Positions 22,690 to 33,564 of a stretch of DNA of 64,000 bases are shown piece by piece. A program made the translations under genes and the position numbers. This stretch comes from an uncultured virus (IMG/VR IMGVR_UViG_3300030106_005234) (lineage: Duplodnaviria; Heunggongvirae; Uroviricota; Caudoviricetes): the IMG/VR virus record IMGVR_UViG_3300030106_005234. One strand, given 5' to 3'. Each line of letters opens with the position of its first letter. Position 1 is the first letter of the stretch. The notes under the pieces are model-generated. The model had not been told where the DNA came from. It made no database searches and worked only from the letters and a program-made list of their open reading frames with translations.

Positions 22690-25283
22690 ACCAGACTGCC
22701 GATACCAGATTGTCTGGTCCTCATCCGCATGGCCAGCTCTCTGTCGTCGTCCCGCGGCAGGATAGTCGGAGACATTGCAGGATCGAATGCGGGTCCAAAT
22801 GAAGGGGCTTCCTCATCTTCAAACAAATCCACATTCAATGAAGGCACTTGTACGGCGTCGATCATAGCGCTCAAGTCAGGTTCAGTTGGCGTTGCGGGAG
22901 TTTCCGGCAATTGCTCTTCCTGCACCCTTTCCTCTAACCTCTCCTCTGAGGCCTCCCGCAAAGCCTGGTTCCTGTTTTCAATACTGGTAAAGAGTTCGGT
23001 AACACCTTCTGTGCCGCCCCGCATAAACGTCTGACCTGTCAGGTACGCAAGCGGCTTTGTCACCTCCAGAGTGGCCGCCAGGTCAGCCGCCTTTCTTGGG
23101 TCAACAATGTGACTGATTAACAGATCACGGTAAGCCTCTTTCTGTGCGTTCACGGTGCCTGAGACAACGTCCTCGAAACCTCTTGCTGTCAACCTAGATG
23201 GAAAACTCATGATTGCGGACATCAAGCCGCCAGCGGCTCTTCCCGTTTGTTTTGCGGCACCCGCGGCTGTCTGGCCCTTGCCAAGAATTTGCTTCGCCTC
23301 ATTTGAAAACACGGCGTTCATACTGAAATTGCCAAACGTATCTGAGCCTGCTTGGGTTTGGATCCTGCCAACCATCTGCATCATGCTGGTCAAATCGATG
23401 AAATTTCTCAGTTCATCCGGTTCCAAAATTGCCTGCCACAATTTAGCCCTCGCACCTTTGGCGCGATACTCCGCTAGTTCTCCGCCAATTTTTGCAAGGT
23501 CATCCGCGGACTGAGGCAACGGTTGCCCAAATTTGTCCAGTTGTGTCGGTTGTCGCGGGAACGCCCTCTCTGGGTTCTTAATGCCGATCGCTCTCAAATA
23601 GGCGCTAGGCTCGCTCAACGGGTTCGTTTGTGACGCTACGACATCATCAAACTGAGTGCTTAACCAAGTGCCTTTCAGGTTCTGCCAAGCTTGAGCGCCT
23701 TCCTCCGTGGACTGCAAAACTCTTTTTAGTTCGGTGACCTCATCAGGCTTGATGGCTCCCGTAAACAATTTTTTGGTGAGACTTGCGGCCTTCGTGCCAC
23801 CTTGCTCAACAGCTTTTGCGAACAAACCAACGATGCTGCGATCCAACGTTTGGGCCGTCCCGATCGCATCATCGTAAATTTTGGTGACTTGTTCATATAG
23901 CGGGTTTTCCGCTTTCATTCGCTTGGAGATCTTGTCTCTTATGATCGAGACTTCTCGCTTCAACGGTGAGTCGGCATCCTTTGTGAGCTTAGAAATTAAT
24001 CGATTGAAGTTGTCTTTCAACCCGTCGTGTAAAAGCTCTGTCGTGGCTCTTGCAACATTTTCATCTTCAAACCGTCTGTCTGTTAGGGCCAGCCTCATGT
24101 CTTGGTATGCGGACAGCCTGGCTGGCGAGGTGTTTGGATTTGCAATGACTGAATCTATTTCTTTGAGTATGTCGCTTACATCAATAGAGACATCAAGATC
24201 ATAGGCTTCCCGGTACATGGGTCGAGTGATCTCGGCCAGCTTATCTTTCTCTGCCTGAATGTAGTCTGCTGCCGCCTGGGCCACATCCATTTCTGCGTCT
24301 ACCGCCGGCTTGCCCGTCAGTTTGTTTTTCGCATCACCCCTAACATATTTTCCTTGAAGGATAGCGTCAAAGAAACGTTCAGCATGATAACCAACGCGAG
24401 CATTCCTATCGTTGTAGTGATCGACCAGCTCTTGTGTTCGTGCGTTTTTGGATAGGAAGACTTCGGCCTTATACCCGGCGCTACCTACCAGTCCGCTTGC
24501 CTCAGCGCGTGAAATCGGGATGTCAGGATATTTTTCAGCCATGTAGGCCAATTTGTCATCTACTGTTTTTCCTCCGTTCTGAACAATGTCGGCAAGAATT
24601 GATCTGCCGTCCGAACCAGGAAACTTCTCCATGATCTGTTTGATACCAATAGGAGCTTCTCTTGTTGGCACGCCAAAAGGCACTCCGCCAAACACAGTTG
24701 ATAACGTCAAATCTTTCGCGGCCTGGCCAACCGCCAAAGGCGGACCACCCAAGGCTTCCGATATGCCGGCTCTCACACCATAAGCGAACGCACCACCAGC
24801 TGCCGTGCCTGCAGATCCTCCTACCATGGCTCCAGGGTATCCGCCAATGACAAAACCTTTGCCCATGCCAATGGTTCCTGGAATCACCTCTGCCAAAAAC
24901 TGTCCTGCCGGACCAATGTTGTCAAGGTAGTCAATGTCATAACCAAAAGGGTCGTCAGCAAACTCTTTTTTATATTCCCCGGTATACGGGTCGCGGTAGT
25001 ACAGATCGCCGTCTTCATCAAACGCATAGTAGACAGAAGGATCGCCGCCTTGTTCGTAAATCTCGGGGAACCTTTTTGTGGCCAACCAAAAAACTTTGTT
25101 CGTTTCATCGTTAGTCATGCCAGAAAGCATAGCTGTGCCAATGCCGCTGGCATCAACTGGATCCTCCTGAATGACGGGGCCTACAGTGCGCGTATCCTCA
25201 AGCAGAGGCTGATCTTCAACGAATGTTCCGCCGAATCGACTGGCTGGCCTGCGTCCCCCAAACTGACTTTCTGTTTCTGCCAT
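22686..25283 (-). CDS. Putative internal virion (ejection) protein, 865 aa
   Basis: Large helical ORF with a Gly-rich hydrophobic segment at the end of the structural operon; function inferred from position. Confidence 0.6.
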   Translation of the reverse strand: MAETESQFGGRRPASRFGGTFVEDQPLLEDTRTVGPVIQEDPVDASGIGTAMLSGMTNDETNKVFWLATKRFPEIYEQGGDPSVYYAFDEDGDLYYRDPYTGEYKKEFADDPFGYDIDYLDNIGPAGQFLAEVIPGTIGMGKGFVIGGYPGAMVGGSAGTAAGGAFAYGVRAGISEALGGPPLAVGQAAKDLTLSTVFGGVPFGVPTREAPIGIKQIMEKFPGSDGRSILADIVQNGGKTVDDKLAYMAEKYPDIPISRAEASGLVGSAGYKAEVFLSKNARTQELVDHYNDRNARVGYHAERFFDAILQGKYVRGDAKNKLTGKPAVDAEMDVAQAAADYIQAEKDKLAEITRPMYREAYDLDVSIDVSDILKEIDSVIANPNTSPARLSAYQDMRLALTDRRFEDENVARATTELLHDGLKDNFNRLISKLTKDADSPLKREVSIIRDKISKRMKAENPLYEQVTKIYDDAIGTAQTLDRSIVGLFAKAVEQGGTKAASLTKKLFTGAIKPDEVTELKRVLQSTEEGAQAWQNLKGTWLSTQFDDVVASQTNPLSEPSAYLRAIGIKNPERAFPRQPTQLDKFGQPLPQSADDLAKIGGELAEYRAKGARAKLWQAILEPDELRNFIDLTSMMQMVGRIQTQAGSDTFGNFSMNAVFSNEAKQILGKGQTAAGAAKQTGRAAGGLMSAIMSFPSRLTARGFEDVVSGTVNAQKEAYRDLLISHIVDPRKAADLAATLEVTKPLAYLTGQTFMRGGTEGVTELFTSIENRNQALREASEERLEERVQEEQLPETPATPTEPDLSAMIDAVQVPSLNVDLFEDEEAPSFGPAFDPAMSPTILPRDDDRELAMRMRTRQSGIGSLV

Positions 25284-25288
25284 AAAAT

Positions 25289-26710
25289 TTACTTCTGGAA
25301 CAAAACACCGTTTTCGTAATAGTAGTCGCCTTTATTTAGACGATCATACTCAGCTTGAGTATTGACGGTTGGGTAGCCTGCAAGTTCGCGTTTCTTTTCA
25401 TCAAACACTTTTTTAAAGTCTCCGGGCACGAACACGTCGGGTTCGTTCGCGGATTTTTGTGCCTCTCTTCGTAAGAGTTCCTCATCCTCTTTGGTCAAAA
25501 AAGGATTTTCTCTGCGCCAACTGTTCTCAAATTTTTGTAGCTCCACCTCCATTTTTTGGCCGCGAACACCCTTCTCAATTAACTCAGATTTTTTATCCAG
25601 GTAATCGTCGTAAAATTCTCGGTCTCTACCGGCTAACTTTTCGAGCAAGCGCAACTGCGACATAAAGCCATCGTAGGTAGATCCTAGTGTTGGTGAAGCA
25701 TTGATAAAAAGTTGCATTTCTTTGTTAGAGATGGCGCCTTTGGTCTGTGAAATAATCGCCATCGTGAATGACATGGCGAGCTGTCGCAAAGCCTTTTGTG
25801 GAGCGACTGCGCCCGGAGCATCTAACAAATCGCCAAATCCCAACTCGATGACTAATTCTCTTGGTCTCAATAACATATCCGACATCGGGCCGAATGTGCC
25901 GCCTGCCTCCTTCACTCTATTCGCTAGCAGATAGGCTTCGTTGACTTGATCGATAACCGCCCCAGCTGCATTAGCCTTCGCCGCGTAATCTTTCCCCGAC
26001 GCATCTATCGACTCTAACGCGATCAGATCGGCTTTACCCTTGTTGGGGTCGGGCATATTAATTTGCGTGTCCGCGAGTTTTATTTCTCTGGCGTTCGGTT
26101 TCGCCATGAATTCTGCAACCTGGTCTCGATATGCCCCCGTGCGCGGTAGGTTGACGTACTTCGTTTCCGTTTCACCATCTTCGTTGGTCTCATCGTACTC
26201 AATGCGGATGTAGTCCACTTCTTTGTTGGCCTGATCAATCAGCTTGATGCCCAACTGATTCAAATAATCCTGCGCTCTTTGTTCTGACTGCATCGCCAGC
26301 TGTGCAGCTTGCATACCCATTTGCTGTTGCGCTTTCTGATTGTCGGCCCGTTCTTTTTTCAACTGCTGGGAAAAATTGGTCAAGCCCATGCCTAAACCGA
26401 CATACGGATTTCGCACACCCTGTTGCTGCGCAGATAAAATGCCAGCTCCAAGCGTGCTGGCTAAATCGAAGATGTCTCGCTCAGGCGCTTGATACGCAAA
26501 CGGAGCCAACTTCTGTTGATATTCCTCTACCCGAGTACCAAACGGTTTCGACGCATCTTGAACGGCGCGACCGTAGTTTGTCATCATCATTAAAGCGCTG
26601 GGGTCAATACCAGAGAGATCCACCTCGCCTGAAAACGGATCCTCATCGGCAACACCGCCAGTTGCAAAACTGGTTATCTGTTCATCCATTTGTGGTCTAC
26701 CAATTGCCAT
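25289..26710 (-). CDS. Putative internal virion protein, 473 aa
   Basis: Position; FATGGV motif; KGAISNKEM motif. Confidence 0.6.
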   Translation of the reverse strand: MAIGRPQMDEQITSFATGGVADEDPFSGEVDLSGIDPSALMMMTNYGRAVQDASKPFGTRVEEYQQKLAPFAYQAPERDIFDLASTLGAGILSAQQQGVRNPYVGLGMGLTNFSQQLKKERADNQKAQQQMGMQAAQLAMQSEQRAQDYLNQLGIKLIDQANKEVDYIRIEYDETNEDGETETKYVNLPRTGAYRDQVAEFMAKPNAREIKLADTQINMPDPNKGKADLIALESIDASGKDYAAKANAAGAVIDQVNEAYLLANRVKEAGGTFGPMSDMLLRPRELVIELGFGDLLDAPGAVAPQKALRQLAMSFTMAIISQTKGAISNKEMQLFINASPTLGSTYDGFMSQLRLLEKLAGRDREFYDDYLDKKSELIEKGVRGQKMEVELQKFENSWRRENPFLTKEDEELLRREAQKSANEPDVFVPGDFKKVFDEKKRELAGYPTVNTQAEYDRLNKGDYYYENGVLFQK

Positions 26711-26728
26711 TAGCCCCTACCTCTTATA

Positions 26729-28663
26729 TCAGAACAGCCCTGACTGTCTGCGCCCTCGCCCTTGGTTAAGGATGCTGCCTATGCCTCCGAACGCCGACAG
26801 ACCGACACCTAAGCCAGCCCCTAATGGGCTTGGGCGCGGCGCAAATTGTTGCACGTTGCTCTGTTGGCCACCTGATGAAACTGCTGTACCGATGAATGGC
26901 AGAAGCGATTGATATTGTTGTAGCGGAGCCTGCTGCGCTTGCAGCGCGTTCGCCCTTTGTGCATCAAGAATTTGTTGCTGAAGCGCCTGTTGTTGGCCGC
27001 CAATACCCTGAAGCATATTGATGCCTGACATACCCGCTTGCTGGGCCTGACCGCCTAATCCTTGCAAGAATCCGCCCAATCCCTGTTGTGCCTGGAATCT
27101 TTGCTGACCAATCTGACCCTCAAGTCCACCCATCTGTCCTAACGCGCCTGACAACGCTTGTCCCGCACCTAAAGCCGCTTGGCCAGCACCCGCTTGTGCC
27201 TGCTGCCCGGTTTGACCGAAGCCGACAAGTGTCTGGCCTAAGCCTGTACCTGCGCCGTAAAGCTGTTGCGCGGCTTGCCCCAAACCACTAGCAAGTTGTT
27301 GTTGAGATCCTAGTCTTGATGCGCCAAGGGACCCCAAGCCAGAGGCCAAGCCTTGCTCTGCCCCTAACACGTCACCCGCAACACCACGTAACGTGCCAGT
27401 CAATGCCTGCTCTGAGCCTAGCCTTTGTCCGGCTAAACCAGACAATCCGCTTGCAGCTGATCTTGCCGCCTCTTGCTGTCTAGCAAACTCGCCCATGCCT
27501 GCTCTCTGAGCCTCAGAGAACCCCCGAGAGCGTATTCCTGCGAGTTCTTTTGCCAAACCCCTGCCCAGAGCTTCTGTACGTTCATCGGCCGATAAACGCG
27601 CTCTTGATCCGAATGCTGACTCACCACCAGAACGTATATCTCTAGCGGTTTGCGAAATATCCGCTAAGTTTGCCTGCTTGACCGCATCTTCCACGGTTTG
27701 CTGGACTACAGCATCCTCAAAAGGATCCATAAATTGTTGTGTCAAATCTTGATCGTAAGCGCCAGTGGTTCCCCGCAATAACTGCTCAGACTCACCCAGA
27801 GCGCCACCAAAGCCCTCTGTAGCGCCAATTTGTCGTTGAGCTATATCACCAACGGCTGCACCGAATCGCCCTGCAGCGCCTCGCTGTATGTCCTCAGCCT
27901 CGCCCAAACGTCTACCAAATTCATCTACAGCGCCACGCTGAATGCCTGTCGTTTCAAAAAGCCTTTCTCCTAAATCTTCTGTCGCCGCAGCACTTAACCT
28001 GCGCCCCTCGCCCAGAGATCCAAGCAATCCTTCCAGCCCTGATTGTCGTAATCTTTCCTCTTCACCTATACCTCTCTGCACGGCGTCTAAGCCACGCATG
28101 CCGAATTCTCTAGAAGCCTCTTGTCCCGCCCCTAATTGGGCGATACCGGCCTTGTAAGCGCTCTCTGCGTCACCTAAATATCTATCTTGGACGCCAATAA
28201 GATCTCTTGCTTGCTGTGCCGCTGCGAGCTGGTCATCAGTGAAACCTGCGACCTCCTGCGGAACAATGACAGGGCGGCCCTGCTCATCAAAAAAAGTCCT
28301 CTCCGCGGCTTGCATCGCGCCAGGGATGAAACCGCCCTCGCCGCCCAAACCAAACAACAATTGTTGCAGCGCTGGATCTCGGCTGATTGTTGAACTGGTC
28401 GCAGACTGAACATACGGATCATCCGACGCCGGCACCTGGGCTTCAGGCGGGGTCTCAGGCAGGGCACCAATACCAGCTTGCTGCTGCCTGAAATTTCTTA
28501 ATTCATCGACAGAAACCCCATAATATTCTGCTTCCTGTTGGTCGTACTCCTCCTGCGTGAGAGGTTCGTACTCCTCGGGATCGAAACCGTAATACGCGGC
28601 GTCTAACGCCCCGCCGGTTTGGAATGCGTTAATTGGTTGCATCTGCATATCTTCCGAAAACAT
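26729..28663 (-). CDS. Putative DNA ejection/pilot protein, Gln/Gly/Ala-rich
   Basis: Composition; FMDPFEDAVV, AFGSRA; C-terminal GLGVGLSAFGG; position. Confidence 0.6.
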   Translation of the reverse strand: MFSEDMQMQPINAFQTGGALDAAYYGFDPEEYEPLTQEEYDQQEAEYYGVSVDELRNFRQQQAGIGALPETPPEAQVPASDDPYVQSATSSTISRDPALQQLLFGLGGEGGFIPGAMQAAERTFFDEQGRPVIVPQEVAGFTDDQLAAAQQARDLIGVQDRYLGDAESAYKAGIAQLGAGQEASREFGMRGLDAVQRGIGEEERLRQSGLEGLLGSLGEGRRLSAAATEDLGERLFETTGIQRGAVDEFGRRLGEAEDIQRGAAGRFGAAVGDIAQRQIGATEGFGGALGESEQLLRGTTGAYDQDLTQQFMDPFEDAVVQQTVEDAVKQANLADISQTARDIRSGGESAFGSRARLSADERTEALGRGLAKELAGIRSRGFSEAQRAGMGEFARQQEAARSAASGLSGLAGQRLGSEQALTGTLRGVAGDVLGAEQGLASGLGSLGASRLGSQQQLASGLGQAAQQLYGAGTGLGQTLVGFGQTGQQAQAGAGQAALGAGQALSGALGQMGGLEGQIGQQRFQAQQGLGGFLQGLGGQAQQAGMSGINMLQGIGGQQQALQQQILDAQRANALQAQQAPLQQYQSLLPFIGTAVSSGGQQSNVQQFAPRPSPLGAGLGVGLSAFGGIGSILNQGRGRRQSGLF

Positions 28664-30593
28664 CCATCATTTGGTACATGAGCTGGGTTCCTCTCTCTCT
28701 GCTCTGTGAAGCAGAAGGCACCAGCGTCAATATGCCATTGGGATCCTCATCCAGCTCGAATGAACCAGCACCTCTGACCGCTCTGCCGGTCATGACAAAT
28801 TCGCCATCGGACAACATCGCAGGGATGTCATCGCTGGTTTCTGTCCCAGGACCGTCTATCTCGCCGTTCATTCGCTCAAAATCTTCCATGGCCACATCAC
28901 CGCCATCGGCATATGCCATGGGATACATAGGTTGCATGGCGCCACCCATGGCGGCCTCCTGCACATATTGAGAGGTCACAGCCTCTCCCCTCGGTCCTGC
29001 CATGCCACCGCTCAGTGTTGGGAACCGGGGCTGCAGTCCAAACTCGACGGGATCTGGCGCTTCTCTACCCATCCTGCGAGCTATTTCTGCCTCAATATTG
29101 TAGCGGCCGCCAGCATCCATCGTCGTCAACGGGGTCATGGGTACGCCTCGATCTTTTCTCGCTTCCTCCATCGCCAGCCGCCCCAATCCAAGGGCCGCTC
29201 CTCCAGCCAAGCCTAATGTGCCCAAGCTACCAAGTCCGCCGCCAAATAAGCCACCAAGGAATCCTCGGCCGCCGCCAGCACCACCAGCACCACCAGCGCC
29301 AGCACCACCACCGCCATACACGTCTCGCAAGCCGCTACGGCCACCAAACCCAAATCGGTCACCGAATGCTTTCAAGAATGCTGGGGTCTGGCCGCCACCG
29401 CCGCCAGGACCAGCTCCAGTTAAATCAATATTTGGCGGAAGATTACCCGCTAGCTCTCCATCAACAAAATAAGGGTCATATTGGTCGGCCCCTGTACCAC
29501 CTGGATACATAGCATCGCCTAAAAATTCAAAAGGGGTGCCACTGAGCATGTACCTGTCTGCTTTTTGAATGTTGCCGAAAAGACCAACGTCATCAGCGCC
29601 AGGCATAATGAATTCTTGTGCTTTGCCAAAAAATCCTTGTCCTGGCAGCGAGGCCAAACCAGACCCTGCAGCTTTGAGCTTGCCAAACACGCCTTTCTTG
29701 GCGAATTCTGCCGCTGTACCGCCGCCCAACGTGCCGATACCGGTCAGGGCCTTACCGAAGCCATAACCGCCTAAGCCGCCCGATATGGCGCCTTTAAGTC
29801 CTTTGCCGGCCGCAACATTCGTTGCAGCGCCAATCGCGCCAGCGACCAACGGCCCTACACCCGGTATGAAATTGGCGAGCGGCCCCGCGATAGGTGCTAT
29901 TTTTTTGGCGACCTTTTTGAGCGATTTGCCAATTTTTTTGAAGAACCCAAATTCTTCTAGGCCAGTCATTTCGTTGAGACTTGCAATGCCGACACCAGCA
30001 ACCGCTTCTGCCGGATCTATGCCAGCCTCCATGAATTTTTGTTCTATCATGGATTCGAGTTCAGGATCTTCCATGAACTGTGCCGGCAAAATGACTTCGC
30101 CTGGCGTGAGGTGAGCCAGCACAGTGTCTTCACCCGTGCCAGCCTCTTGAATCGCAAGAGCCTCCTGCCCCAGCGGGGCGTTCGATCCAAGGATCATACG
30201 ATCAATGGTTTGCCCTAACGTTTTGATCTCATCGGGGTCATCAGTCTCATTTACCTCTTGCAACAACTGATTGATGCTTTCTTCGAGACTTGGTTCTTCG
30301 CGTTGAAAGTACTGGTCTCCGATGGATTGAAGCAGTTCTTCATAACTTGGGCGTTCGCCTTCAAACGGATCCGGCAGCGGGACGGGTTTGGCTTCCCTAA
30401 GCATTTTTAAAAACTCTGAATCAGAGGCAGCGCCAGCGCTTGGCCCATCTCCAAGTAAATCGAACGGATCCCGCAACGGTACAGGCGTGAAAGGACTCTT
30501 CCCCTCTTCAAGCTTTAAAAGAAGTTGGGATTGCCGACCGGAAAATCGATCGATCCGCTCTTGCATCTCTGGTGAAATCGAATTCTCTGCCAT
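28629..30593 (-). CDS. Putative internal virion protein, 654 aa
   Basis: EDTVLAHLTPGEV, TGLEEFGFFKKI, GPGTETSDDIPAMLSDGEFV motifs. Confidence 0.6.
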   Translation of the reverse strand: MAENSISPEMQERIDRFSGRQSQLLLKLEEGKSPFTPVPLRDPFDLLGDGPSAGAASDSEFLKMLREAKPVPLPDPFEGERPSYEELLQSIGDQYFQREEPSLEESINQLLQEVNETDDPDEIKTLGQTIDRMILGSNAPLGQEALAIQEAGTGEDTVLAHLTPGEVILPAQFMEDPELESMIEQKFMEAGIDPAEAVAGVGIASLNEMTGLEEFGFFKKIGKSLKKVAKKIAPIAGPLANFIPGVGPLVAGAIGAATNVAAGKGLKGAISGGLGGYGFGKALTGIGTLGGGTAAEFAKKGVFGKLKAAGSGLASLPGQGFFGKAQEFIMPGADDVGLFGNIQKADRYMLSGTPFEFLGDAMYPGGTGADQYDPYFVDGELAGNLPPNIDLTGAGPGGGGGQTPAFLKAFGDRFGFGGRSGLRDVYGGGGAGAGGAGGAGGGRGFLGGLFGGGLGSLGTLGLAGGAALGLGRLAMEEARKDRGVPMTPLTTMDAGGRYNIEAEIARRMGREAPDPVEFGLQPRFPTLSGGMAGPRGEAVTSQYVQEAAMGGAMQPMYPMAYADGGDVAMEDFERMNGEIDGPGTETSDDIPAMLSDGEFVMTGRAVRGAGSFELDEDPNGILTLVPSASQSRERGTQLMYQMMDVFGRYADATN

Positions 30594-30596
30594 ATC

Positions 30597-30908
30597 CTAA
30601 CTCGTTGTGACAGTGACACTACCCAGGCTCAAGGTGCCTCCCAGGCCCGTGGGGTAGGTTTGATGTTCATACAAATTTCTAAATTGAGTACCATCAAAAG
30701 CCTGATGCACTTGCACCGTGCTATTAAATATTATAGCACCAGTTGCAAATTGTAACTCCGAAATTTCCCCTGCGTTGAAGACGGGAGTTTGGTCCACATC
30801 GGTCGCGCCCAGGTTGATTTCGAGTATTCTGACCAATCGGTTAAAGGTGTCGGCCCTCACCTCGCCATCAGACGCAAGCGGCAATCTCGTTTCAAGAATT
30901 TTCGCCAC
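30597..30908 (-). CDS. Hypothetical virion protein
   Basis: In structural operon; C-terminus LSLGSVTVTTS resembles that of 34917..35231. Confidence 0.6.
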   Translation of the reverse strand: MAKILETRLPLASDGEVRADTFNRLVRILEINLGATDVDQTPVFNAGEISELQFATGAIIFNSTVQVHQAFDGTQFRNLYEHQTYPTGLGGTLSLGSVTVTTS

Positions 30909-32818
30909 TATCCTCGACGCCCAGACGGTTGAACGTCCAACCTGGTGTCGCCTACCCTAAATTTGTAGCCTTTCTTGTTGGCTTCAACGCTGTTGTCATC
31001 GTCTGATTCAAAACGCAAGACGACTTGCCTTGCCCTTGTGCGCAAATTTGTAAACCGGGTGGAGTTGGTTATCTGACTCGTACTATCCGTGGACAACGTG
31101 TCCACGTTGTAATCGCGCCGTTTTAGCACGATGTTCATCGCTGGCGTGTTGTCCACGCCGGGAGTTGTTGAAAACTTGATGTCGGGTATCAACTTTTTTA
31201 CGAACATAAAATTTTCACCATCAGCTAAATCGATATCAGCTGACTCAATGTAAACGTTAGACATGGCCTCATCGTTATCGTTGAACCCGGTTTCGTGCAT
31301 GTAGATCACGCCCGAATCAGAAACCTTACCTGCCGCCAACGGTGTGTCCTCTATGCCTGCATCCAACCAACTGTACCTGACCAGTTTGCCAATACTCCAG
31401 GTTGATTCTTCGTAGTTGTAAATTACATATCGTGATATTTCTTGAGTGCTGTCTTCTGTTGAGACGTACCAAAACCATGCCTCAGAATGTTCTGCGTGCA
31501 ACGAGGCATAGCATTTGAATGCCTGGCCCAAATCGAGATCGGAAAAAACGTAGTCTTGGACGCTACACGGAAGTTTTTTTACAGAGCCGTTGTAGTAATA
31601 AAACCCGTTTTTAGACATAAAAAATACACCAACGGGACTGTTTACCGCAGCCTTGGGCGCAATCAAACCTGCCCCTTCGTTGATTAGGTTAAGGGCAAAA
31701 GTTAAGGGTGGCCCGATAAAGGTCATCGAGTAGAGAGAGGTGTCAGTCCAAATCAAGGTTTCCTGACGACTTTTTAATCCGCCAACGATAAGCGACCCTG
31801 ATGAAAGCCTCACTGACCCTGCTGTATTGGTCGCCGTAGGGTTGAAATCCAACTCGTTCTCGGTGTCGCTAAAAGCGACCAACATTGGATCCGATACGCC
31901 CGATCGATTACCGCTACTGCTGTCAATTGGATCTGCACCAAGCACGATGAGGTGCCTGTCCACCTCGCTGGTAATGACTTGCAAGCCGATTGTCGGCACC
32001 TTGCTCGCTCCAGTGATTCCCTGAAGTTCAGCCGCTCTGACCGACAAACCACTGTTCTCAACCCAACGGAAGATGCCACCACCCCGCGGATTGATGATGA
32101 GGTTTTCGCCGAAGTTGTCATGTGTCCAGATGCGCAGTTGACCGTCTTCTGAAATGGCAGACGCCGAACCCCAAGTGCCAGCGCCCCAAGTTCCAACACC
32201 ATAACCAGTGCTGGTAACGTACACGTCTAGGCCAGTGTTAACTTGGTACGCGCCTACGACACTACTTCCGCCATTACCTGTGTCGCTAGCGTTTGCAGTA
32301 ACTGTCGCTCCATCTGAATCTTTCGCCGTCACGGTGTACGTGTTGGTGTCAGTCACCAACAGTATTTGATATTCCTGGTTGATGACCGCGGCGGTGATCA
32401 ATCCTCCTAAAGATGAGGCGCCAGAAAAAGTTACGAAATCGCCCGTGGCTGCTCCGTGCGAAGTATCAGTCACGGTTAGCGTCGAGGATCCATTGCTTGC
32501 GCTGAACGTCACATCTCCAGCGCTCGTCGTCACCCGGATCGGAGTAATATCGTTGTAGGCGGCGCCTTCCTCGATATAATATTTGAGGTGCGTGCCAATA
32601 CCTAAGTATCTGGCTCCGCCAAGAGATATCCAGCTGTGTAACGCCCGTGCAGAACCAAGGTATGTGTTGGTTTCTGACTGCTTTTCCCAACCGCCAATTT
32701 TTTCAGGGCGCCCTTTCCTGAACCTAATGAGGTTACCGTCTACCCATCCATTTTCGTTTGAGTAGTCCGTTTCTTCCTTATTGATACCAGGCTTGAAGTT
32801 GAACGTTGTCAGTGGCAT
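30908..32818 (-). CDS. Tail stabilisation/nozzle protein (P22 gp10-like)
   Basis: 636 aa, beta-rich; FKPGINKE, GWVDGNLIRF, LIWTDTSLY, EAWFWY, YNYEESTW; position. Confidence 0.65.
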   Translation of the reverse strand: MPLTTFNFKPGINKEETDYSNENGWVDGNLIRFRKGRPEKIGGWEKQSETNTYLGSARALHSWISLGGARYLGIGTHLKYYIEEGAAYNDITPIRVTTSAGDVTFSASNGSSTLTVTDTSHGAATGDFVTFSGASSLGGLITAAVINQEYQILLVTDTNTYTVTAKDSDGATVTANASDTGNGGSSVVGAYQVNTGLDVYVTSTGYGVGTWGAGTWGSASAISEDGQLRIWTHDNFGENLIINPRGGGIFRWVENSGLSVRAAELQGITGASKVPTIGLQVITSEVDRHLIVLGADPIDSSSGNRSGVSDPMLVAFSDTENELDFNPTATNTAGSVRLSSGSLIVGGLKSRQETLIWTDTSLYSMTFIGPPLTFALNLINEGAGLIAPKAAVNSPVGVFFMSKNGFYYYNGSVKKLPCSVQDYVFSDLDLGQAFKCYASLHAEHSEAWFWYVSTEDSTQEISRYVIYNYEESTWSIGKLVRYSWLDAGIEDTPLAAGKVSDSGVIYMHETGFNDNDEAMSNVYIESADIDLADGENFMFVKKLIPDIKFSTTPGVDNTPAMNIVLKRRDYNVDTLSTDSTSQITNSTRFTNLRTRARQVVLRFESDDDNSVEANKKGYKFRVGDTRLDVQPSGRRG

Positions 32819-32843
32819 CAGAATTCACCACGCAAGAATGAGT

Positions 32844-33269
32844 TTACGCCAGGCGTATGATTGCTGCCGTTGCGTTCGCTGCTGGAAACACGATCGTGAA
32901 ATTACCGGCAGTGCTGGTTTTGTCGCCGCCAAAATCAATCGCCGCAATCGCTTTATTGCTATTAGTGCTGTTGTAGAGCAAGCATCCTCTCGCTGTGACG
33001 GTCGCGGTCCCAAAGGTCAGGTCTGCAAAGTCACATATCGCCGTGGATCCAGACAGTGTCGGCGTAACGTTTGTTAGGGCGGCCCCACCCGCGGTGTAGT
33101 TAGTACCAGTGGCTTGACCCGTGGTCACATACGCCGTTGTGCCAGCGCCCAACGTTGCAGATGATGTGTAGAGGGCAAGCTTGATGCTGTCAGCACCATT
33201 GGTCAGGTTGTGACCCTCAACAAGAAGTTCTTGCTTGAACGAGTTCGCAATCGCTGATGTTATCGCCAT
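32844..33269 (-). CDS. Conserved virion protein
   Basis: SFKQELL, KLALYTSSA, DFGGDK; structural operon. Confidence 0.7.
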   Translation of the reverse strand: MAITSAIANSFKQELLVEGHNLTNGADSIKLALYTSSATLGAGTTAYVTTGQATGTNYTAGGAALTNVTPTLSGSTAICDFADLTFGTATVTARGCLLYNSTNSNKAIAAIDFGGDKTSTAGNFTIVFPAANATAAIIRLA

Positions 33270-33270
33270 G

Positions 33271-33564
33271 TCACAACTCCCTTATAATCTTAGCCATATC
33301 ATCATGGCCTTGGCTTTTCAACAAGTTTACCATGGTTGTCCTGTCCGACGTAATCGCATTCTTGATGCCGTACAAAACGATGGTGTATATATAATTTTGA
33401 AAGGCCTCTGCCTGCTGCCTAACGTGAGGTTCAGCATCTGCAGAGACATCGCATATTTTTTTTGTGATTTTTTCAGCCCAAAATTCTGGGTCATGTCCTT
33501 TGTTTTGCGTGGTTTCAACCATCACATTGCCTACGGACAAAAATACATTCGCCGCATCATCCAC
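33271..33564 (-). CDS. Hypothetical protein
   Basis: Coupled ORF in operon. Confidence 0.65.
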   Translation of the reverse strand: MDDAANVFLSVGNVMVETTQNKGHDPEFWAEKITKKICDVSADAEPHVRQQAEAFQNYIYTIVLYGIKNAITSDRTTMVNLLKSQGHDDMAKIIREL